Source: an uncultured Oscillospiraceae bacterium
GTDB taxonomy: Bacteria > Bacillota > Clostridia > Oscillospirales > Ruminococcaceae
Reading direction: 5' to 3'
DNA: 44,761 nucleotides
Assembly: GCA_964423365.1 (NCBI GenBank)
Contig: CAYRFC010000003.1
Location: 1-44,761 of the forward strand
Shown here: piece by piece, positions 34,777 to 43,539 of the stretch
How positions within the stretch are numbered: the first letter of the stretch is position 1
Layout: each line of letters begins with the position of its first letter
Translations under genes and position numbers: made by a program
Notes under the pieces: generated by a model
Seen by the model: only the letters and a program-made list of their open reading frames with translations
The model's database searches: none
What the model was told of the DNA's origin: nothing

Positions 34777-35826
34777 ATGATTCCTGAGAAAATGAAGGGC
34801 ATTGTCATCACCGGGCCCAAGCAGGCCGAGGTGAGGGAGCTGAGCACCCCGAGACCCCAGCGGGGCGAGGTGCTGGTGAAGGTGGAGCGTGCACTCATCT
34901 GCACCTGGGAGCAGCGCATCTTTGGCGGCGGCGACGTGGCCCTGCCCTATGTGCCGGGGCATGAGATTTCCGGCACGGTGGCCGCCATTGGGGAGGACAG
35001 CTCCTGCAATGTGGAGGTGGGCCAGCGTGTGGTGGTGAAAACCTACGACAGCTGCGGCCAGTGCGAGGCCTGCTACCGCGGGGCCGACAACCTGTGCACC
35101 GGCCAGGCACGCAAGCGTTTTTATGACGGCATTCCCGGCACCGGCGGCTTCGCGCAGTATCTTGCCATTGGCAGCGAGCGGGTGTTCCCCCTGCCCGGCC
35201 AAAGCGCCAACCTGGACACCGCCGCCTTTGCCGAGCCCATCTCCTGCTGCCTGCACAGCCTGGAGCAGGCCGGCATTGAGATGGGCGAGGATGTGGTGAT
35301 TGTGGGCGGGGGCATCATGGGCCAGCTGCACAACCTGCTGGCCAAGAAAAAGGGCGCCCGCACCATTCTGGTGGAGCTGGACAAGGCCCGCCGGGAGATG
35401 GCCCAAAAAATGGGGGCCGATGTGGTGCTGGACCCCGCCGAGGGCGACCCCATTGCCGCCATCATGGAGCTGACCGAAAAACGCGGCGCACACGTGTGCT
35501 TCTTCACCGTAAATGTGCTGCCCCTGGCCCAGAGCTACCTGGAGTGCCTGGCCAAACGCGGGCGGATGGTCTACTACGGCTCCTTCCACCCAAACGGCCC
35601 CATCGAGATGAACCCAAACCAGATTCACTACAGCGAAAAGGTGATTACCGGCTCCTTCAGCCCCACCGCCAAGGGCTTCTGGGCGGCAGCCCGTCTGCTG
35701 GGCTATGGCCTCATTGACGTGGAGCCCTTCCTTACAGAGCGCTATGCCATGGCCGACTGCCAGAGGGCCCTGGAACGGGCGTGCAGCCCCGAAACCTACC
35801 GTGTATTGATTGATTTGACCGAATAA
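34777..35826 (+). CDS. Zn-dependent medium-chain dehydrogenase/reductase (polyol or sugar-phosphate dehydrogenase-like)
   Basis: 349 aa. Catalytic Zn ligands (LICTW Cys, GHEISG). Structural Zn CGQCEACYRGADNLC. GGGIMG nucleotide-binding motif. Confidence 0.85.
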   Translation: MIPEKMKGIVITGPKQAEVRELSTPRPQRGEVLVKVERALICTWEQRIFGGGDVALPYVPGHEISGTVAAIGEDSSCNVEVGQRVVVKTYDSCGQCEACYRGADNLCTGQARKRFYDGIPGTGGFAQYLAIGSERVFPLPGQSANLDTAAFAEPISCCLHSLEQAGIEMGEDVVIVGGGIMGQLHNLLAKKKGARTILVELDKARREMAQKMGADVVLDPAEGDPIAAIMELTEKRGAHVCFFTVNVLPLAQSYLECLAKRGRMVYYGSFHPNGPIEMNPNQIHYSEKVITGSFSPTAKGFWAAARLLGYGLIDVEPFLTERYAMADCQRALERACSPETYRVLIDLTE

Positions 35827-35859
35827 GGCGGCAGGCCGCAGAAGGGAAGGAGTGAAATT

Positions 35860-36273
35860 TTGACGAATCTCATCCTCATCAGCCACGGCGCATTGGCGGC
35901 GGGTATGCGGGAGGCCGCCGAGATGATTCTGGGAGAGCAGGAGCAGATGGCCGTCTTTGGCCTCTACCCCGGCGACACCGGCGACAGCTTTTCTGAAAAA
36001 CTGGAACAGGCCATAGACCAATTTGGCGAGCCCGGAAACACCCTGATTCTGGCCGACCTGCCCAGCGGCACCCCCTCCAACGCCTCCATGCTGATGGTTC
36101 TCAAGCGCGGGGTGCACGCCCTGTCGGGCTGCAACCTGCCCGCCCTGCTGGAAATTTTGACCCTGCGCGCCGAGGTGGGCATGGAAGAACTGCTGGCTGC
36201 CGCATGCGAGGCCGGAAAGCTGGGAATCGTAAGCGCCGATGACATCATCAAAGAAAGGGAGGCGAATGTATGA
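35860..36273 (+). CDS. PTS mannose-family EIIA component
   Basis: 137 aa. LILISHGALAAG with the phosphorylatable His near residue 9. TTG start behind GGGAAGGAG. Confidence 0.9.
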   Translation: MTNLILISHGALAAGMREAAEMILGEQEQMAVFGLYPGDTGDSFSEKLEQAIDQFGEPGNTLILADLPSGTPSNASMLMVLKRGVHALSGCNLPALLEILTLRAEVGMEELLAAACEAGKLGIVSADDIIKEREANV

Positions 36274-36743
36274 GTGCCGTATTTTTCCGCATTGATGACC
36301 GCCTGATTCACGGGCAGGTGATGACGGGATGGTCGAAGATTCACCAGACCAACCGCATCTTTGTGGTGGACGACAAGACCGCCAGCGACCAGTTCCTCTG
36401 CCAGGTGATGAAGATGTCGGTTCCCAAGGAATACGACGTGTCCATCCTCAGCGTGGCCGACGCCATCACCGCCATACAGAACGACCCGCCGGACAGGCGC
36501 ACCATGGTGCTGACCAAGACCCCCTCGGTGATGCAGGCCCTGCTGGAGGGCGGCGTGGCCATGAAGGAGCTGAACCTGGGCGGCATGGGCTACCTGCCGG
36601 GCCGCAAGGTGGTGCTGCGCAACATTCAGGTTTCCCCCGAAGAGCTGGAGCAGCTCAAGCAGATTGCGGCAAAGGGCGTGCGCGTCTTCTGCCAGATTGT
36701 ACCGGACGGCAAAAGCATTGAACTGGACAAGGTGAAGCTATAG
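36270..36743 (+). CDS. PTS mannose/sorbose-family EIIB component
   Basis: 157 aa. FRIDDRLIHGQV with the active His. ATG overlaps the EIIA stop (ATGA). Confidence 0.9.
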   Translation: MSAVFFRIDDRLIHGQVMTGWSKIHQTNRIFVVDDKTASDQFLCQVMKMSVPKEYDVSILSVADAITAIQNDPPDRRTMVLTKTPSVMQALLEGGVAMKELNLGGMGYLPGRKVVLRNIQVSPEELEQLKQIAAKGVRVFCQIVPDGKSIELDKVKL

Positions 36744-36763
36744 GGTTTCTTCTGTTCTGTTGG

Positions 36764-36787
36764 CACCCGGATGCGGGGCATCCGGTG
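36764..36787 (+). other. GC-rich hairpin inside the EIIB-EIIC spacer
   Basis: CACCCGGATGC-GGG-GCATCCGGTG: 10 bp with one bulged C, no clean T-run. Lies in the 94-nt gap within an otherwise tightly packed operon. Confidence 0.5.
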
Positions 36788-36837
36788 GCGATATCCGTAT
36801 CTTTGTGTGTGTATCAAATTGTGGGAGGTATGTGTAA

Positions 36838-37617
36838 ATGACATGGTGGCAAGCACTACTGCTGGGGCTTCTCTATTTTCTGTCAGACGCCCCCTTCTTC
36901 TTCGGCGAGGGCTATTACGTCCTCCAGCGGCCCATCGTGGCCGGTTTCCTCACAGGCCTTGTGATGGGCGACCCCGTCACAGGCACCATCATCGGCGCAA
37001 CCATCAACCTGATTTACCTGGGGCACCTCAACGTGGGCGGCTCCATGCCCTCCGACATGGCGCTGGCCGGCTATATCGGCACCGCCATTGCCCTGGCCAC
37101 CAACGTGAGCACCGAGGTGGCCCTGGCCCTGGCCGTGCCGCTGGGCCTGCTGGGCACCGTGTGGTGGGTGGGCCGCATGAGCATCGACTCGGTCTTCGTG
37201 CACTGGGCCGACCGCTATGCCGAGAAGGGCAATGTGAAGGGCGTGATGGCCATGAACTGGCTGCCCAGCGCCATCATGATGCTGTTTTTCAAGGTATTGG
37301 TCACCTTTGTCATCACCTTTGCGGGCATCGGCCTTGTGGAAAGCTTCCTGAACGTCATCCAAAACACCGGCATTCTGCACGGCTTTGAGGTGATTGGCGG
37401 CCTGCTGCCGGCTCTGGGCATCGGCCTGAACCTGCGCGCCATCCTGAAAAAGCAAACCATGCCCTTCCTGCTCATCGGCTTTTTGCTGGTGGCCTACTTC
37501 CAGCTCAGCATCATCGGCGTGGCCCTGTTCGGCCTGGGCTTTGCCCTCATCTACCTGTTCTACAACAAAGACAAAACAGACGACGGCGAGAAGGAGGAAG
37601 TAAGCTATGGCGGATAA
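36838..37617 (+). CDS. PTS mannose-family EIIC component
   Basis: 259 aa polytopic membrane protein with an EIIC-Man-like N-terminus (WQALLLGLLYFL, QRPIVAGFLTGLVMGD). Confidence 0.9.
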   Translation: MTWWQALLLGLLYFLSDAPFFFGEGYYVLQRPIVAGFLTGLVMGDPVTGTIIGATINLIYLGHLNVGGSMPSDMALAGYIGTAIALATNVSTEVALALAVPLGLLGTVWWVGRMSIDSVFVHWADRYAEKGNVKGVMAMNWLPSAIMMLFFKVLVTFVITFAGIGLVESFLNVIQNTGILHGFEVIGGLLPALGIGLNLRAILKKQTMPFLLIGFLLVAYFQLSIIGVALFGLGFALIYLFYNKDKTDDGEKEEVSYGG

Positions 37618-38452
37618 TATTGTGAAAAACGATGCCGGCGCGGGCAAAAAGCTGGATAAGAAGGACATTCGGAAAGCCTACTGGCTGTGGCAGTTCTTCT
37701 CTCACGCCAACTACAACTACGAACGCATGCAGGGCGGCGCCTTCGCCATGTGCATGGCCCCCCTTCTGCAAAAGCTGTACCCCAAAAAGGAGCAGCTGGT
37801 GCAGGGCCTGCAGCGGCACCTTGTGTTCTTCAACACAAACCCGAACGTGGGCACGGTTATCCACGGCGCCACCATCGCCATGGAGGAGGAAAAGGCCGCC
37901 GGGGCCGAAATTTCCGACGAGGCCATCAACGCCATTAAAACCGGCCTGATGGGCCCCATGGCCGGCATTGGCGACGCGCTGGACCAGGGCATCATCATCC
38001 CCCTCATGGTGGCACTGGGCATCAGCCTGGGCGCCACCGGCAACCTCTTTGGCCCGCTGCTGGTTCTCATAGGGCTGCCCATCATCCTCATGGCCATTGC
38101 CTACAACTGCTGGATGACCGGCTACCGCCTGGGCAGCAACGCCATTGGCAGCATGCTGGCGGGCGGGCGGATGAAGCAGATTATCGGCGCAGCCGGTATT
38201 CTGGGCTGCACTGTGATGGGCGGCCTCATCTCCTCCTTTGTCAATTTCCGCACCACCATCGTGTTCAACATCGGCCAGTCCACCTTCGATTTGCAGGCCC
38301 AGTTCTTTGACGCCATCATGCCGAACCTGCTGCCGCTGGGCGTCACCCTGCTCGCCTTCTTCCTGATGAGCAAGAAGCAAATCAGCTCTATGAAGATTCT
38401 GATTGGCCTGGTCATCATCGGCTTCCTGGGCGGCCTGGTGGGCATTTTCTAA
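37607..38452 (+). CDS. PTS mannose-family EIID component
   Basis: 281 aa. Contains the EIID signature FFSHANYNYERMQG. Overlaps the EIIC end by 11 nt. RBS GGAGG. Confidence 0.9.
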   Translation: MADNIVKNDAGAGKKLDKKDIRKAYWLWQFFSHANYNYERMQGGAFAMCMAPLLQKLYPKKEQLVQGLQRHLVFFNTNPNVGTVIHGATIAMEEEKAAGAEISDEAINAIKTGLMGPMAGIGDALDQGIIIPLMVALGISLGATGNLFGPLLVLIGLPIILMAIAYNCWMTGYRLGSNAIGSMLAGGRMKQIIGAAGILGCTVMGGLISSFVNFRTTIVFNIGQSTFDLQAQFFDAIMPNLLPLGVTLLAFFLMSKKQISSMKILIGLVIIGFLGGLVGIF

Positions 38453-38487
38453 AAACAGGCAACACTGCCCGGCACGGGAACGGCCCG

Positions 38488-38535
38488 CCCAAGCAAAATT
38501 TTGAGTCCTCATCATTTTGCTTGGGCCTTTCATTT
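38488..38535 (+). terminator. terminator-like hairpin between EIID and ptsI
   Basis: Perfect 12-bp stem CCCAAGCAAAAT / ATTTTGCTTGGG with a 14-nt loop, followed by CCTTTCATTT (interrupted T-tract). Confidence 0.5.
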
Positions 38536-38570
38536 CCCGCCACACGGCGGCAAAAAAGGTGTGATACCAT

Positions 38571-40190
38571 TTGACAAGCCTGCAAGGAAAAGGGGTGAGC
38601 CGGGGCATTGCCGTGGGCCCCTTGCGGTTTTACCGCCGCAGCCAGCTCTCCATCCAGCGCCAGCCGGCAGCAGACAGCGGGGCGGAAATCCGGCGTTTTG
38701 AAGCGGCCTGCCGGCAGGCACAGGCCGACCTAAGCGTTTTGTATGCCGAAACACGGGAGAAGCTGGGGGAGGAAAACGCCGAGGTCTTTCAGATACACCA
38801 AATGATTTTGGACGACCCCGACCTGCGGGAGGGGGTGGCAGCCATCATAGAGGCGGAATCCGTGTGCGCCGAATATGCCATGGAGCAAACCGCGCAGGCC
38901 TTTGCCAGCGGCTTTGCCGCCCTGGACGACCCCTACATGCAAAGCCGGGCCGCCGACGTGAAAGATGTGGCAGGCCGGGTGCTGCGGCTGCTCTGCGGGG
39001 CGCAGGAGAGCGCCCTGGACGGCGGAGAGCCCTTCATTCTGGCCGCAGACGACCTGGTGCCCAGCGAGACGGCCCGGCTGGACCGCAGCCGGGTGCTGGC
39101 CTTTGCCACCTGTGGCGGCAGCGGCAATTCCCACACCGCCATTTTTGCCCGCACCATGGGCATTCCCGCCATCACCTGCCTGGGGCCCGGCCTGTTGCAG
39201 CAGCCCGAGGGCGCTTTAGCCGGGGCGGATGGAAACACCGGTCTTTTGCTGATAGACCCCGACGCCGAACACCTGGCCCGGCTGCAAGAGGCCGCCGGGG
39301 CCGAGGCCGCACGAAAGCGTGAGGAGGCCCTGTTCCGGGGCCGGGAAACCCGCAGCAAAAGCGGCCAAAAGCTGCTGCTGTGCGCGAACGCAGGCTGCCT
39401 GGCCGATGTGGAGCTGGCGCTGGCCGGGGACGCGGAGGGCATTGGGCTGTTCCGCAGCGAGCTGATTTACCTGGAGCGGGACGACTACCCCGGCGAGGAG
39501 GAGCAGCTGGCCGTGTACCGCGCGGTTTTGGAAAAAATGGAGGGCCGCCCGGTGGTCATCCGCACCCTGGACATCGGGGCCGACAAGCAGGCCGGCTACT
39601 TCGGCCTGCCCGCTGAAGAAAACCCCGCCTTGGGCCTGCGGGCGGTGCGGCTCTGCCTCACAAGGCCGGAGATTTTCCGCACCCAGCTTCGTGCGCTCTA
39701 CCGCGCCTCCCCCCACGGCAAGCTCTCCATTATGGTGCCCATGATAACCTGCGCCGGGGAGCTGCGGCGCTGCAAGGCTCTGGCCGCCGAGGTGCGGGCC
39801 GAGCTTGCCCGCGAGGGCCTGCCCTACTGCGAGGAGGTACCCATCGGGGTGATGATAGAGACCCCCGCCGCCGCCCTGCTGAGTGAGGAACTGGCCCAGG
39901 AGGCCGACTTTTTCAGTGTGGGCACCAATGACCTCACGCAGTATACCCTGGCGCTGGACCGCCAGAACAGCGCCGTGGCCCCCTTTGCCGACCCAGAGCA
40001 CAGAGCCGTGCTGCGGCTGATTGCCCTGGCCGCGGAAAATGCCCACAAGGCCGGCATATGGATAGGCATCTGCGGGGAGCTGGGGGCCGACCCCCGCTTT
40101 ACCGAGGCCTTCCTCGCCATGGGCATCGACGAACTCTCGGTGGTGCCCTCGGCGGTGCTGCCCCTGCGGGCCAGAATCGCCACCTTATAA
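38571..40190 (+). CDS. ptsI: phosphoenolpyruvate-protein phosphotransferase (PTS Enzyme I)
   Basis: 539 aa. GVSRGIAVG N-terminus, active-site GGSGNSHTAIFARTMGIPA, C-terminal CGELGAD. TTG start, so the exact start is uncertain. Confidence 0.93.
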   Translation: MTSLQGKGVSRGIAVGPLRFYRRSQLSIQRQPAADSGAEIRRFEAACRQAQADLSVLYAETREKLGEENAEVFQIHQMILDDPDLREGVAAIIEAESVCAEYAMEQTAQAFASGFAALDDPYMQSRAADVKDVAGRVLRLLCGAQESALDGGEPFILAADDLVPSETARLDRSRVLAFATCGGSGNSHTAIFARTMGIPAITCLGPGLLQQPEGALAGADGNTGLLLIDPDAEHLARLQEAAGAEAARKREEALFRGRETRSKSGQKLLLCANAGCLADVELALAGDAEGIGLFRSELIYLERDDYPGEEEQLAVYRAVLEKMEGRPVVIRTLDIGADKQAGYFGLPAEENPALGLRAVRLCLTRPEIFRTQLRALYRASPHGKLSIMVPMITCAGELRRCKALAAEVRAELAREGLPYCEEVPIGVMIETPAAALLSEELAQEADFFSVGTNDLTQYTLALDRQNSAVAPFADPEHRAVLRLIALAAENAHKAGIWIGICGELGADPRFTEAFLAMGIDELSVVPSAVLPLRARIATL

Positions 40191-40213
40191 GCATTCGTCC
40201 CAAAACGCAAAAA

Positions 40214-40247
40214 AGAAGCTCCCCTGGATGGGGGGCTTCTTTTGTTG
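40214..40247 (+). terminator. rho-independent terminator of the PTS operon
   Basis: AGAAGCTCCCC-TGGAT-GGGGGGCTTCT stem followed by TTTGTTG. An A-run precedes the stem. Confidence 0.8.
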
Positions 40248-40428
40248 TCTTGTACAGAACAAGAGCAAGACCGCGCTTTTCGGGAAACGCGCCCCAAAAG
40301 CTGCGGCAAACGGGCTGCACCGGCCTCTTGTGAAGACGGACATCCCGGCCAATAGGCTTTTGGGTCAAGGTTTTTTTGGGGCCCCTTTTGTTCACAAAAG
40401 GGGCGGCCCTGCCTTTTGGCCGAAACGG

Positions 40429-40824
40429 CTAGGACTCATGCTGGCAGCCACAGTCGCAGTCGTCAATCTCTATCTCAATCTTCTCGCCGCAGCTGGGGCA
40501 CACCACGTCGCCGCCCAGCAGCATCTCCTCGTCCAGCACCACGGTCTCCTGGCAGTTCGGGCAGGCAATTTCGTACACGTCGTCCGAGAACAGGTCGTCC
40601 CCGTCGCCGTACACTTCCTCCTCCACCGCGCCCAGGTCCTGGTCCAGCTCCTCAAACGCGTCATACAGCTCCACCATATCCGCGCCAATGTCCTCCACGT
40701 CCGAGGCCATTTCGGAAACCAGCTCCAGCAGTTCTTTTATCACACGCACTTCTTTTTTGTCGGCATCCAAATCCAGCCCCTCGGCCAGGCCTTTGATGTA
40801 AGCCGCTTTTTCTGAAAGGTTCAT
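40429..40824 (-). CDS. highly acidic protein with C-terminal zinc ribbon
   Basis: 131 aa, Asp/Glu-rich. CPNC...CPSC ribbon, then a DDCDCGC tail. RBS AGGAGG. Lies directly downstream of efp. Confidence 0.75.
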   Translation of the reverse strand: MNLSEKAAYIKGLAEGLDLDADKKEVRVIKELLELVSEMASDVEDIGADMVELYDAFEELDQDLGAVEEEVYGDGDDLFSDDVYEIACPNCQETVVLDEEMLLGGDVVCPSCGEKIEIEIDDCDCGCQHES

Positions 40825-40877
40825 TGCTTGCCTCCTGTTTTGAGAAAGCCGGGTTAGGGCTTTCTGATGAAATGTGG

Positions 40878-41435
40878 TTACGCGCGCTCCATATACTCGC
40901 CGGTGCGCGTGTCCACACGGATTTTCTCGCCCTCATTGATGAAAAGCGGCACGCGAACCTCGGCGCCGGTTTCCAGCTTGGCGGGCTTCAGGGTGTTGGT
41001 GGCGGTGTTGCCCTTGATGCCGGGCTCGGTCTCCACAATTTCCAGCACCACAAAATTCGGCACCTCCACACCAAACACCTTGCCCTTGTAGCTCAGCACC
41101 TTCACCGTGTCGTTCTCCTTCACAAACTTGAAATCATCGGAGAGGTCGCTCTGGTTCAAAGGGGTTTGCTCGTAGGTCTCGCTGTCCATGAAATAGTGCA
41201 GCCCGCCATCCTCGTAGAGGTACTGCATCTCGCGGCGCTCTATCTGGGCCGAGGGGAATTTATCCGAGGGGTTGTAGGTCGTCTCGGTCACGGCCCCGGT
41301 CATCACGTTTCTGGTTTTGGTGCGCACGAAGGCCGAGCCCTTGCCCGGCTTCACATGCTGGAACTCCACCACCTGCAAAACCTGCCCCTCTTGCTCAAAG
41401 GTGACGCCGTTCCGAAAATCGCCTGCTGATACCAT
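40878..41435 (-). CDS. efp: elongation factor P
   Basis: 185 aa. [10 protein letters not shown] and the [13 protein letters not shown] loop. ATG 41435 lies 8 nt after GGAGGA, whereas the track start at 41441 is too close to the SD. Confidence 0.95.
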   Translation of the reverse strand: MVSAGDFRNGVTFEQEGQVLQVVEFQHVKPGKGSAFVRTKTRNVMTGAVTETTYNPSDKFPSAQIERREMQYLYEDGGLHYFMDSETYEQTPLNQSDLSDDFKFVKENDTVKVLSYKGKVFGVEVPNFVVLEIVETEPGIKGNTATNTLKPAKLETGAEVRVPLFINEGEKIRVDTRTGEYMERA

Positions 41436-41508
41436 GTCCATTCCTCCAAAGGCAGCCTGCTGCCCGCATTTTCATTCTTCTATACATTATACATATATAC
41501 CGCTATTC

Positions 41509-41537
41509 ATTTTACTGGATATGCCCCATTTTTTCAA
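41509..41537 (-). promoter_or_regulatory. sigma-A type promoter of efp
   Basis: Minus strand reads TTGAAA (41532..41537), 17 nt spacer, TAAAAT (41509..41514). Confidence 0.5.
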
Positions 41538-41569
41538 GACTTTTCTGCATTTACACCCCCTGCATTCGC

Positions 41570-42652
41570 CTAGAGAACCAGCAGCCCCTTGGGGCTCACG
41601 GGTAGTGCCTCGCAGCCCGCCGGGCCCACCAGCACCGTGTCCTCAATGCGGCAGCCAAACTCCCCCGCCAGGTAGATGCCGGGCTCCACCGTCACCAGCA
41701 TGCCGCTTTCCAGCAGGTCCCGGCAGCCCGGCGCAAGGCGCGGCTCCTCGTGAATCTCAATGCCCAGGCTGTGCCCCAGCCCATGGCCAAAGCGCCCCTC
41801 AAAGCCTTCCTCATAAATCATCTTCCGGGCCACCCCGTCCACATCGGCCGCCGTTTTCCCTGCCTGCACGGCAGCCATGCCCGCCAAATGGGCGCGCAGC
41901 ACCAGGTCATATACCTGCCGCTTCCTCTCCCCCGGCTCGCCCAGCGCCACCGTGCGGGTCATATCACTGCAATAGCCCTTGTACTTCGCGCCAAAATCCA
42001 GGGTGACGAGGTCTCCGCTTTTCAGGCGATACTCCCCCGGGCGGCCATGGGGCAGGCTGGTGTTTGCCCCGCCCAGAAAGATGGTCTCAAAGGCCACCTG
42101 CTCGGCCCCGCCCGCGCGCATAAAACGCTCCATTTCCAGCATCAGGTCAATCTCGCGGGCCCCCTCCTGAATACGAGGGAGAATATGTGCAAAACAATCG
42201 TCCGTAACCGCTTGCGCTTTGCGTATTCTGCCTATTTCTTCTGCATCCTTGATGCGCCGCATCCGCTCTATCTCCCGGCTGAGCGCCGGCGAGGGAGAAA
42301 GTGACAAACCCGGCATTTTCTCCCTGTTTTTGTTCAACTGCTCAATTGTAATATGTGTTTCCAGCGCAATATTCTGCACGCCGGCTTCTTTGCATAAATC
42401 GGCAATCTGCCGGTAGAGGTCGCCCTGCAGCACCACCTCGGCGCAGTCCACCTCTCGTTCCGCACTTTCCAAATAGCGGGAGTCGATGATGTATACCGCC
42501 CTGTCGGGCAGCAGCAACAGGGTGCCTGCGTCCCCCGCGTCAAAATCCAGCAGGTAAAAACGGCTGGCTTCGGTTTGAAGGAGCGCCGCCTCAAAGTCCG
42601 CCGGCAGAGCCTCTCTCAGCCTTGTGTGGCGGCTTTGTAAAAATTCCCTCAT
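41570..42652 (-). CDS. M24 family Xaa-Pro aminopeptidase
   Basis: 360 aa. Metal ligands in DFGAKYKGYCSDMTRT and GHGLGHSLGIEIHEEP. The position next to efp is as in many Firmicutes. Confidence 0.9.
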   Translation of the reverse strand: MREFLQSRHTRLREALPADFEAALLQTEASRFYLLDFDAGDAGTLLLLPDRAVYIIDSRYLESAEREVDCAEVVLQGDLYRQIADLCKEAGVQNIALETHITIEQLNKNREKMPGLSLSPSPALSREIERMRRIKDAEEIGRIRKAQAVTDDCFAHILPRIQEGAREIDLMLEMERFMRAGGAEQVAFETIFLGGANTSLPHGRPGEYRLKSGDLVTLDFGAKYKGYCSDMTRTVALGEPGERKRQVYDLVLRAHLAGMAAVQAGKTAADVDGVARKMIYEEGFEGRFGHGLGHSLGIEIHEEPRLAPGCRDLLESGMLVTVEPGIYLAGEFGCRIEDTVLVGPAGCEALPVSPKGLLVL

Positions 42653-42678
42653 ATTCGTTTGCCTCCCTTTTCTCGCCG

Positions 42679-43539
42679 CTACAGGGCTTCGTAATACTGC
42701 CGCATGCTGCGGGCGTCCTCCGCCTGGCGCCCGGCGCTCTCGCAGATAACAACCGGGGCCAGATGTCTCTCTTTTAGCAGTTCCAGCAAACTTTCCGGCT
42801 GCGGTCCCCAGTCGTCTTGGTCAAAATTGTGGTGTTTCTTTTCCCCGGCGGGTCCATACTCAATTTTGGAGAAATGGACGTGGAAACCACTGGCCCGCTC
42901 GTCCTGCAGGCCCTCGGCCAGCCTGTCCAAAACCTCCGCATAGTCGGCCTTTGCGGCAAGGCAGCCCTGGCCACGTGCATTCAGGTGCCCAAAGTCAAGG
43001 CAGGGAATATGGCGCTCGTCCAGGCGGCAGAGGGCCAGCACCTCGTCCAGGCTGCCCACCTGCCCCAGCTTTCCCATGGTTTCTGGGCACAGAAGGATAT
43101 CGCCATACCCCTCGTTGTCCAGCAGTTCCCGCGCTCTTTGCAGGGTGTCGCCCGCTTTTTGCAGGGCCTGCTCCCTGCTCTGCCTGCCCAGGCTTCCGGG
43201 GTGAAAAATCACCCGGTTTCCCCCCAGCATGCGCACCGCACGGGCGCTTTCCAAAAAATAGCGCAGGCTGTTCAGCCGCTTTTCCTCCTCCATGCTGGAC
43301 ATGGAGATGTAGTAGGGTGCGTGCAGGCTGAAGCGAAGCCCATGCGCCGCCGCACGCCCTGCCAGATGCACGGCCATCTCCTCCTTCAGCCGCACCCCAT
43401 GCCCCGCCTGGTATTCAAAGGCGTTCAGCCCAAAGCTGCAGGCGTGCTCCACCGCCATAGCGGCATTTTTGCAGCCCGTTTCTGCGTAGGAGTCACCGAG
43501 GCCCGCAGGGCCAAACCGGGGCCTGGCCGCCGCGCTCAC
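42679..43539 (-). CDS. endonuclease IV-like TIM-barrel protein (AP endonuclease 2 / xylose-isomerase-like fold)
   Basis: ORF 42679..43890 trimmed to GTG 43539, which overlaps the yqeG stop (GTGA). The N-terminus RFGPAGLG...GLNAFEYQAGHGV matches the family start. His-rich metal motifs HAPY, FHPG, DFGH. Confidence 0.8.
   Translation of the reverse strand: MSAAARPRFGPAGLGDSYAETGCKNAAMAVEHACSFGLNAFEYQAGHGVRLKEEMAVHLAGRAAAHGLRFSLHAPYYISMSSMEEEKRLNSLRYFLESARAVRMLGGNRVIFHPGSLGRQSREQALQKAGDTLQRARELLDNEGYGDILLCPETMGKLGQVGSLDEVLALCRLDERHIPCLDFGHLNARGQGCLAAKADYAEVLDRLAEGLQDERASGFHVHFSKIEYGPAGEKKHHNFDQDDWGPQPESLLELLKERHLAPVVICESAGRQAEDARSMRQYYEAL

Noticed and set aside
34426-36117. 563-aa minus-strand ORF across the aldolase, dehydrogenase and EIIA genes
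   Set aside because: It is an antisense shadow of well-supported plus-strand genes. It has no RBS and an Ala/Gly/His/Leu-rich product.
36761-36775. sigma-54-like motif TTGGCACCCGGATGC in the EIIB-EIIC spacer
   Set aside because: The GG and GC elements are separated by 9 rather than the required 10 nt. The -12 element is ATGC rather than TTGC. No LevR/EBP-type activator is encoded in the locus. The bases are better explained as one arm of the hairpin at 36764..36787.
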